A stretch of 64,000 nt of DNA. Origin: Basidiobolus meristosporus CBS 931.73. Lineage: Eukaryota > Fungi > Basidiobolomycota. This document shows, in pieces, positions 54,904 through 64,000 of the stretch (positions are counted from its first letter, which is position 1; every line of letters begins with the position of its first letter). The translations under genes and the position numbers were made by a program. A model generated the notes under the pieces. It was not told the origin of the DNA and ran no database searches. It saw only the letters and a program-made list of their open reading frames with translations. Where the stretch lies: positions 57,062-121,061 of the forward strand of contig MCFE01000235.1 in the NCBI GenBank assembly GCA_002104905.1. Direction: 5' to 3'.

Positions 54904-56590
54904 TGTTGTAAGAGTCTTGGAGATATTGGAAGTGATTGGAAGGACAAGTATATTATGTAGTTCTCACTTAATGATTTATGGAGTGTAAAAGTAGTATTTG
55001 TACTTTTACATGGTCTTGGTATTAAAAACATGTAGAGTAGGTTAAGGAAGGTTTCAAGAACATGTGTGCAAAGTTTGGGGCTGTTTGGACAACTTTGAGA
55101 ATTTTCATGTACTTGGTAAATATTCTAAGTAAATCCTGACAAGGAATTTGGTCAGTATTCTCTAGGATTTGACAGTAATGATCTAAGTGACTAAGTTAGG
55201 TGAATATTTAGGTGGAATTAAAAGTTTTTACAACACTCCCACTCAGCTAAATGTTCATACTGACTGGTCCTAATTTTGACCTAAGATATTCAAACTTGTC
55301 TCTAGCTATGGTTTGGTAAATATGTCTGCAATCATTTCATCTGAAGGACAATAAGCTAAGCTAACTAAGTTATACTCTATAGCTTCTTGTATAAAATGAT
55401 ATCTAATATCTATGTGCTTAGTTCTAGCATGAAAAGTTGAATTTCTACCTAATTGTATACATCCATGATTATCTTGAAATAAAGTATTAGGTGTTTTTTG
55501 ACATAGGCCTAAATCTGAAAAAAGCTTTCTTGACCTCATTGCTTCTTTTGTAGCTTCCCAGGCTGCCATATACTCTGCTTCTGTGGTAGAAAGTGCTACA
55601 GTTGGTTGCTTTCTTGAATTCCATAAAATTGTTCCTTTACAGTTAAGAAAGGTGTGTCCTGTGGTGGATATTCTGTCTTCCATAGTTTGTCCCCAATTAG
55701 CATCAGAGTATCCCACAAGATCCTGTTCTGAGTCCTTGTAAGTATATCTTAAGCAGATATCAGCAGTTCATTTTGGGTATCTAAAAATCCACTTTGCTGG
55801 TGCAATATGATCAGATCCATAGTTCTGATTATATTGGCTGACAACTCCCACTGAATATGAGATGTCTGGATGTGCTCCAAGTATGACATACATCAGACTG
55901 CTAGCCATAGATTGATAAGGAAAGTCAGGCCTTACAGATGGCACCAAGCTCTCCTGATTTGGTTGAGTTTTGACCAATTAAGGTTAGTCTCCATTGGGGT
56001 AGCTGCCAGTTTACAGTCTCCAATTTGATACTTCTTTTGTATATCTTGAATACACCTGGATTGGCTTGGGGTGATAGTCTGGGTACTTCTGTCCATGGAG
56101 AACTTAATCCCTAAGTAGTAACTGAGCTCTCCTAGATTGGACATCTTGAACTCCTTTGATAGGCTGGATTTAGTCTCTTCCAATGTTGCTAGATTATTGG
56201 TGGCTATAATAAGATCATCCGCATATATAGCTAATACAACTGGATTAGCTCCATCTGGCTTATAGCATATACTAGAGTCAGCATTACTCCTTTGAAACTC
56301 AGAGATTCTAAATAAGAATCTATCTTGCAATTCCAGGCTCTTGGTGATTGATTGATACAATATAGAGACTTTTTAAGCATGCAGACCAAATGGGGGTTAT
56401 CTTGGTGAGCAAACCCATCAGGCTGGTCCATATACACATCCTCATCAAGTTCTCCATTCAAAATGAAGCTTTTACATCCATTTGATGAACAAAAATCTTA
56501 TATTTGGCTGCAATAGCCAATATTAATCTGATGGAATTAAACTTGGCTACCAGTGCAAAGGTCTCAGTATAGTCAAGTCCTTTTGTTTGA
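54904..56590 (-). mobile_element. Copia 3' half (RT, RNase H, PPT, 3' LTR 54904-55235), same family as 398-4573
   Basis: LNGELDEDVYMDQPDGF...LKKSLY, LAIYADDLII (YVDD mutated), ALSTTEAEYMA, ADIFTKP; PPT AGCTGAGTGGGAG. Confidence 0.9.
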
Positions 56591-57250
56591 TTTAATGAGG
56601 GGAATGTGATACAGATTGATATTCATCATAAAGGGAGTGTGCTGCTGCAGATATTGCCGCCAAAGATTTGTCAAGTACTTCAGGTAGGCCAGCTTGGGTT
56701 TTTCTGACTGCAGAATAAACTGAGCAAACTTCTTGACTTCAGGATCTCCAAGTATAGTTCTCCAGCAGAAGCCAGGTGTAGTGTAGTGTGTTCTCTTCCA
56801 TGCCTTAATCAGTGGGTTGTTGCAGTTGTGATGTCTGAGGTATAATCTGGTTCTAAGGTAGAGAAGTCTGATCTTATAGGGCATAAACCCAAAAGCACCA
56901 AGAATAGCATGTCTGTAGGGGCATTCAGGCAAATGTGGCACCAAGGAGGTAATGCACCATACTGCAAACTTGTCAAGCTTAGTGCAGTCTCTAGAAGTAA
57001 GAGAGAGAAGTGGTAAGCCAAATTCCAGGACAGGGAAGACAAACTGCTTGAGTAGAAGGAGGCAGCTGGGAGCTGAAGTTGTAGGAGGAGTAACAGCCAG
57101 TAGCTTGTGGAGTGCCTGTCTTGCCAGGATAATTCTCTTCTTCAGGTGTGCTCCAGAGTCTAGTCCAGTAGGAAGGAAAGGAACGTCAAGATATATAGCA
57201 GAAGCCTGAGCAGGTAGAGTGGAGTTCTCCAAGTTGATGGGACAGCCCAA
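56573..57250 (-). mobile_element. Non-LTR retrotransposon (LINE) ORF2 fragment, RT C-terminus/thumb
   Basis: AIYLDVPFLPTG...HLKKRIILARQAL...LLLLKQFVFPVLEFGL matches the YLG(V/I)...RI-x-x-A...(V/I)-x-P-x-L-x-YG pattern at the end of LINE RT domains. Confidence 0.7.
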
Positions 57251-57282
57251 AGGTGCTGTCTTTGCAATGGAAAGCTGGAGAT

Positions 57283-57450
57283 TTAGGGAGTAGGTGTGAT
57301 AGTAAGGGCTAGAAAAAGGTTAGAACAGCAGGGGTTTAGGGTGTAGGTGTTATAGTAAGGGCTAGGAAAAGGTTAGAAGAGCAGGGGGTCTGGGGGACGC
57401 AGTCCCCTAGAGAATAAAAAAGCAGGGGGTTTGGGGGATGCAATCCCCCA
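57283..57450. repeat. Two ~53-bp direct repeats followed by two GC-rich stem-loop motifs
   Basis: TTTAGGG(A/T)GTAGGTGT(G/T)ATAGTAAGGGCTAG(A/G)AAAAGGTTAGAA twice; GGGGACGCAGTCCCC and GGGGGATGCAATCCCCC hairpins. Confidence 0.8.
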
Positions 57451-57965
57451 TACTGCTCTTATACTCTTTAAATTCCCGTTGGATTACTTTTCTCTCATTC
57501 TTGGTTCTGGTCCCTTAGGGTTAGAATTCCTCCTCCTTACCCTTATCACCCTAACCATAAATATTTTTACCCTACAATTGGCACATTGTCTGCTCATATG
57601 GTGGGCATGTCTGGGCCAATATTTGTCTCCCTATACTGTCCATACGCTCTGTATAAGTCTTGATGACTATTTAATTAATAAATTGTTATTTTTAATATAT
57701 ATCTAATAATTAATGGGATTCATCCCAATCTGACCACAATCCCATATTTTGATAAGCTTCGGGCACCATAAATTGCGCGGCCCTAATATGATAAAAAAAT
57801 TCATGGCCGATACAAATTTTCTGTAACCCGATTGCTTTTACCAAATATAAAGTGTATCCAAAAGTTCAATATACATTATGGCTATAATAGAAACTTTATT
57901 GGACACCATCGCAACTACTACTTATGTTCTATGCGCACATGTATCCCGCGGGAATTGTAAAACTT

Positions 57966-58597
57966 AGCCACGTGGTACAAAAGTGCTTTAATTTTTCATC
58001 ATGATAGTTTTACATGAGTTCCTAACGCACTTTGAAAGTACGCAGTAGCCATACCCCAACAGGTTTTAAGGATGTCCACTAGCTACGTCTACTTGTGTCT
58101 AGCGGGAGCCATCAATCATCAGCCGCGCAATACTGAAATGCTTTTATTTTTCATCATGCTAGTTTTGTATGAATCCCTAACGCACTTTCATAGTGCACGG
58201 TAACCATACCCCAACAGGTTTTAAGGATACCCACTTGCTACGTTTACTTGTGTCTAGCGGGAGTCATCAATCATCAGCCGCGCGGTAAAAAAGTGCTTTT
58301 ATTTTTCATCATGATAGTTTTACATGAGTCCCTAATGCACTTTTATAGTGCACGGTAACCATACCCCAACAGGTTTTAAGGATACCCACTTGCTACGTTT
58401 ACTTGTGTCTAGTGGGAGTTATCAATCATCAACCGCGCGGTAATAAAGTGCTTTTATTTTTCATCATGATAGTTTTACATGAGTCCCTAACGCACTTTTA
58501 TAGTGCGCAGTAACCATACCCCCAGAAAGTAGTGTGGATGCTTACTTTAAACGCTCACTTGTGTATTGTACGGAATATCAACAAACAGCCGCGTGGG
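57966..58597. repeat. Tandem array, 155-bp unit, ~4 copies
   Basis: The GTGCTTT anchor (ATGCTTT in copy 2) falls at 57983, 58138, 58293 and 58448, exactly 155 apart; each unit carries a CCGCGCGG-type palindrome. Confidence 0.92.
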
Positions 58598-58981
58598 AAT
58601 GGAACATCATAGAAAAGCATTGCTTTGTTGTTAGCAAGTATTGATGCGCAAATAGTGGTACTATGTGAATTATTGAGTAACTATTTACTCTAGTTGGTTC
58701 CAAGATATTCCTAGACAATATGCTCAAAATCAATATTAGCATCAATAGCTTGCTCTTTGATCACTAAACCACCGCACCCAATATGCGGTGGCCTTGGTTT
58801 TGTCTAGCCGTTGAGGAATGAAACCAGAGTACAGTCACAAGAGAGGCAAAAGTGAAATGTGATGAAGTAAGTGTATATGAAAGTAATATAAATCTACAGG
58901 ACAGAAGAGAACAACTAGTAGTTAAACAGCACTCACTGACACTCCACCGAGTAGAGCACCAACACGGACAATAAACAAGTC

Positions 58982-60461
58982 ATGAGGGGAAAGCTTAAGG
59001 ACCGCTACTCGGGGATCAAGACCAAAAGAGGAAGCTGCCTCTACCATAGCAGTCCTTGCGCTCCAAAGGAAGACCAAGAGTCTATTATAGACAAAGATTG
59101 CGGCAAGAAGAGCAGTACAATTACCAGTTCTGGTAGTGGTACCTTTGGAAGTCCCGAATACCTGGAGAAAACTCGGAAAAAATTGGCAGATGACTCAGTT
59201 GTCCTGAGGAGAAAACAAACCAATGCAATTGAGCAGTTCCAAAACAAACTTCAGCTTAGTTCTTCTTTGCCTCACTATAAAGTACTCCAAGTGGCTTATT
59301 TTGATTATAAGCATATGAAGGAGAATCAGGCAGAGACTGATAAATTAAGTGATAGTCAATTGCATCACTTCTTAGATCAGGTAGAGAAACAGTCGCACAG
59401 CCAAGAGACGGTACAAGAATTGACGATTACAGAAACCAAATAATTTTGCCAATGTAGTTTTGCATTTTAATAAAATAAAAGGGTGTTAATAAGAACAGAA
59501 TAAAGTTAACTTATGTGTACATCAAATGATTCAAATACTGGCTAGATGGATGTTACGTAGGAGCAAGAAGCTCAGTAACCTCAAAGGAAAGATATGATGA
59601 ATGGGCCACCGACATCATCCGAATGAGTATAAAAGTGGAGAAAGGAGACATAATCCTTCATAAAAAACAAGAAGCATGGAAGCAGGCAGTAGCCGGGTAG
59701 ATGCCAGGAGTGAAGGTAGAGTACAAAGAGAGCGAGGAAGGGGACAAGGACGCGGAAGAGGACGCGGAACCGGGCGCGGAAGAGGAAGAGGGCAAGGAAG
59801 TGGCCAAATCCAAGAGGAGCGTGAAGGAGGTGTTGCAGCAAACGTGGATGATGCTGAGCAAGTTGCTGTAGTCACTACCAGGCGGCCGGTCAACCAAGTT
59901 TCCCAAGCATTGTCAGAGGTTCAACAAGAGCTTCCGGAATATAGGACAACATTGCACCATGAGATATTGCGACGTATGTGCCAGGAGATTAAACAGAGGA
60001 GGGGTGATATTGTAAAGCTAAATTGGGATATTGCTGGACTTCAAGCCCAGATTGATTTCAGTTTCCACCATTCTACTGAGGCATTAGTGGCACAAATGGT
60101 GGAAAAGTTTGCCCGCATCAGGGCAAGCGATGAGCAGGATGCATCTTCCGACCCAGGTGTACTTGCAAGCGACAGTATTGGAGGGGATACTACTTCCTCC
60201 CTTGAACCTACCACAAGCCAAGAGACAAGAGCAGAATCCTCCACAACAATGAGAATGGCCCCCACGCAGGTTGATATGGAAGTGTGCAAAGAAGACGTGG
60301 AGAAGCAGAGTGGGGATACTATAGGCCAACCAGAAACTGTAATGGAGGCGGAGAGACCAAGTCATATTGTCATCTTAAAAATACCACAGGTTGATTCATC
60401 GCTATCACTTCCCCCATCATCACTATCTGTGCCCCCATCACCACCGCCATCCTCTGGCTAA
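58982..60461 (+). CDS. Uncharacterised ORF(s): 58982-59443 and 59676-60461 (RG-rich, predicted coiled coil, low-complexity tail); possibly one gene
   Basis: Two open frames with ATG. An AT-rich intron-like gap at ~59410-59546 and a short bridging frame that needs one extra A in the A6 run at 59662-59667 could join them. No recognisable domain. Confidence 0.4.
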
Positions 60462-60652
60462 CTTGAGTAAATAAAGAATTTCCACCATCCCAAATCAATG
60501 AATTGACAAGTAATAAGTTGAACTGATAAGATTGACAATTTACAGACTAATATATGTAAAGTATGTAGTACTTAAGAGCTTTCAAGTTGTGGTGTATTAT
60601 CAAGTATTCACCGTCACATAAATCACGCAGCAGTTGTTGTATCCCTATCCCA

Positions 60653-63482
60653 ATGGCATTAGAAGCCAGCAGTTACAAGGAGCATCGGAAAAATTTTGGC
60701 GTTTACCTGGCGACGGTGGCAGGTGTAACAAAACGCAGCTATTGCTCGATGACCATTACCCCGTCTATGAGATACTTGCTATTATATGGAGGGTATTCTG
60801 TTGAGCACTTTCAAGACAGCAAAATATCCCCGCCTTATGATGAGCGTATAGCTGAAGAAACATCCGGCCGTGGAATACTCTATGAGCCCAGCTCAAAGGT
60901 TCAAATGATTCACCTTGCAGATCTACACAGTGATGAAGACATCACAGTGACAGTTCTCCCGACTCCAGACAACATATCAACTACAGAGGCAGCCAAAGGG
61001 GTGATTTTAATTGGCAACAGCTGTGCTAGTGACCACAAGAATCTCTACATATATGGTGGTTTTGAGCTGAGCCGTAGAGAATACTCAGGGCGACATGAAA
61101 GTGCCAAAAAACAGGGGAAAAAAGCGATACAAAGCAAGAGTGGGGAGACAATCAATAGAAGACTGAGCAAGCTGGAGGTAATCACGTACAAAGATGGCAA
61201 TGGATGCTCCAGAGTATTGGAGACAAGGCCATTCTTGAATAATCCTGGCAAATATGCCTTCAGCAAGAGGTTGGGCAGTTCTTACGTATGCATTTGATTG
61301 CTTATTCTTGCTGGGCGGCTATCCTACACCATCGGAACCACCTTATACCCAACCAAATGGGAGTTTTTTAAACGAGTTCTACTGTTTAAAATTGCAAACT
61401 GGTGATTGGGAAAGACGATATGTACACTCAGCAATACAGGAGCTTGGAGAAAACTTTATTGCTGTGGTAAACGAGTATGGCAACCAAATCCAATACATCA
61501 ACAATGCAAATGTTACATTCACCTATGATGTCGATAATCAGATCTGGACTTACCCTCCCGATCCAAGTCAGGAAGAAATGAGTACAAAGCAGCTACTAGG
61601 GCGCATTCTTAATGAATTGGCAGCAATCTCTCAGCGGCACGAGAGGGAAGGCAAAGGAAGTGCTGAGACTGAAAATATCTTGCGGCATAGTGCCCATGGT
61701 CTTACTGTCCCACTTAAGAACCATCAAGCATTTGGCGTACGATGGCTGATGTATACAGAGGCCATCCATAAAGGAGCATTGCTTGCCGATTCCATGGGAC
61801 TTGGAAAGACATTGCAGATATTAAGTCTCATATTGGAGACACCTGAGCAAAGGCCAAATCTTATTGTTGTCACGCTTGGAATACTTCTCAATTGGGTGAT
61901 GGAGATAAAGACAAAAACAAGGATATCCAATGAAGAGCTTCATGTATTTCATGGAAAATTCCGAGCTATCAAGAAGTCAGATATGGAGACTAAGAGGATC
62001 ATGCTCACCACCTACCACACACTATGTGTTGAAGCAAGGAACCCTGATTCGCCTATATGGAATGTGAAATTTGGCCAAATAGTGGCCGATGAGGCAGATA
62101 CACTTAAGAACTACAAAGGCGGTAGCTTAAACGCAGTGAGTAAAATTGATGGAGAATCCTTGATACTTGTCACTGCCACCCCATTCCAAAATGAGATTAT
62201 GGATCTTTATTCATATTTCACATTATTCAATCTATGGGAAGGTATTCCAAAGGATTTCCATCGACTCCTACTTGAGGAGGCCAATGCAAACAGGCTAGCT
62301 GAATGGGTTGTAGAAAGACTTGGCCCATTAATATTGAGACGCATTCCAGAGTCGCAAATATTTGGAGAACGCGCAGTATCCATGCCTAGTATTCAAGAGC
62401 AGATTGTCTTGTGCCAATTCTTGCCGGAGGAGCTGCAGGAGTACAAACAACTGCAGTCAAGTCTTCCAGAGGAAGTCGGTCGGATGGGTGCAAATACCTA
62501 TCTGCGTCTGTACTCGTGCCATCCATATATGTATACCTGGAGCAGGAAGAGGAATCGACTGAAAAAAGCGGCTGATGCTAGCATTGTCCAAGATGTCAAG
62601 ATGAGTGAGGATGATTTTCTACCTGAGATTGATGAGGATCTTGAGGTGGTTGCGGTTGAGGTTGAGGAGCAGCTTCAAGAGATTAATAGCGAAGAGGTTG
62701 ACAGCTCATCCAATGTTCCATCTACTTCTGCACCAACTGCCATACGCACCAAAGACGCCCCTACAATTGCCCAAAGAGGGCTTGCATTAGAGGACTCCAA
62801 CAGGGTATTCATCCAAGATTTCCTCACTGGTGTAACCAACAACACTGTGAACAAGCATAGTGGCAAAACTCGGAAAATCATGGAAATCCTGCTTGAAATC
62901 CAAGAAAATAAGGAGCACGCACGTGCTATTATTTTTTCTGGGTTTAATCTGATGCTTGACATAGTGGCTTACCATTTGAGGGAGCAGAGCATTGAACATC
63001 TGAAGATTACCGGTTCCACCCCAGTTCGGATACAAAAGAGCAGTATAGATACATTTGCATTGCCAGTTCCGGAGGGCGAGATTTGTGTGTTACTGATCAA
63101 CATCAAATGTGGCGCATTTGGATTAAATTTGCAGATGGCATTGGCGGTGATCATTGCCGACAATTGGTGGAATCCCTATGTAGAAATCCAAGCAAAGGCC
63201 AGAGTTTGGAGGGTGAATCAACCAAATAATGTTTCTAGTTACCAGTTAGTCATGCAAGATTCCATTGAAGCTCAGGGTGTAATTGACAGTCAAACTCGTA
63301 AGATTGGCTTATTTGGCCAGATTATGCATACGTTGGTAGATGAAGCATCCAAAGTACCAATTTCATTACAACTTCAAGAGCAAGATGATTGGTACTTGAG
63401 CCAATTACATGAAGCGCAAGGCAGTGGATCTCTGATGCACAAAGATGAAGAGGAGGTTGATGAGACAACAGATGAGGAGTAA
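60653..63482 (+). CDS. Kelch-repeat + SNF2-family (Rad5/16/TTF2-like) ATPase, intronless; split by a single frameshift near 61250
   Basis: ORF 61254-63482: LKNHQAFGVRWL, GALLADSMGLGKTLQ, IVADEADTLKN, LVTATPFQNEIMDLYS, SGKTRKIMEIL, IIFSGF, GAFGLNL, WWNPYVEIQAKARVWR. Kelch-like GG motifs occur in both ORFs (RSYCSMT...LLLYGG, LYIYGG, PSARGWA...LFLLGG...FLNEFYCL...W). Confidence 0.8.
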
Positions 63483-63677
63483 ATAGGGGTTGCAATGTAC
63501 CAGGAATCAAGTATGCCAGACTCGAGGTAGTAGTAGCTACTATTGGTAAATAAACAATGAGACTAATCTTTTTGCACGAGAAGGGTGGGAGAGGGAGAGG
63601 GAGAGAGAAAAGTCAGAGTGGTACAGTCTAAATAAAAAAGGGTGCAAGAGTTTTATGGTGATGAAGATAAACATGCA

Positions 63678-64000
63678 TTTGGTGCCGCGCGGTGGTGTTG
63701 GGGATTCATCGGGCACAAATGAAAGTGCAATGCTAGAATATAGTGATGAGAATAACCATAGGTTTGGTGCCGCGCAGTGCCAATTTGTTATTGAGATTCA
63801 TCAGGCACAAATGAGAGTGCGATACTAGAATATGGTGATGAGAATAACCATAGGTTTGGTGCTGCACGGTGCCAATTTGGTATTGAGATTCATCAGGCAC
63901 AAATGAGAGTGCGATACTAGAATATGGTGATGAGAATAACCATAGGTTTGGTGCCGCGCGGTGCCAATTTGGTATTGAGATTCATCAGGCACAAATGAGA
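63678..64000. repeat. Tandem array, 91-bp unit, at least 3.5 copies, running off the window edge
   Basis: GGCACAAATGA anchors at 63712, 63804, 63895 and 63986; each unit carries a GGTGCCGCGCGGTG-type motif. Confidence 0.92.

Noticed and set aside
57966-58597. 155-bp and 91-bp arrays as CRISPR
   Set aside because: Whole units are repeated, there are no unique spacers, no cas genes, and the context is eukaryotic.
61178-61278. Intron explanation for the Kelch/SNF2 frame change
   Set aside because: The donor/acceptor pairs tested give a stop or the wrong phase; the only in-phase pair (61186-61267) deletes the conserved PSAR start of the Kelch blade.

Overview
Eukaryotic, fungal-type DNA with short GT-AG introns. 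It is probably an early-diverging lineage, but the taxon cannot be fixed from sequence alone. The window has four compartments. (1) 1-25.0 kb is an almost CpG-free nest of decayed transposons: a full-length Ty1/Copia element (398-4573, TSD CTTGA) inside a CACTA/EnSpm-like transposase, and a full-length Ty3/Gypsy element (8099-17874, TSD ACGG) carrying three younger insertions. It also holds solo LTRs of two further families and more Copia and CACTA relics. (2) 25.0-52.4 kb is a CpG-rich gene island with a Mei2-like RRM gene, a SNF2/STH1/BRG1-type remodeler, an ARM-like + SPRY gene, a 7TM-like membrane protein gene and an intronless 14-repeat LRR gene that may be of bacterial origin. (3) 52.4-57.7 kb is a second CpG-depleted TE block (CACTA, Copia, solo LTRs, LINE fragment). 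(4) 57.7-64 kb is a CpG-retaining block in which a divergent, intronless Kelch + SNF2-family ATPase gene and uncharacterised ORFs lie between a 155-bp and a 91-bp tandem array, both built around the palindrome CCGCGCGG. Block 4 is the best candidate for an undescribed element or system. All coordinates, alignments and counts were made by eye; no database search was run.
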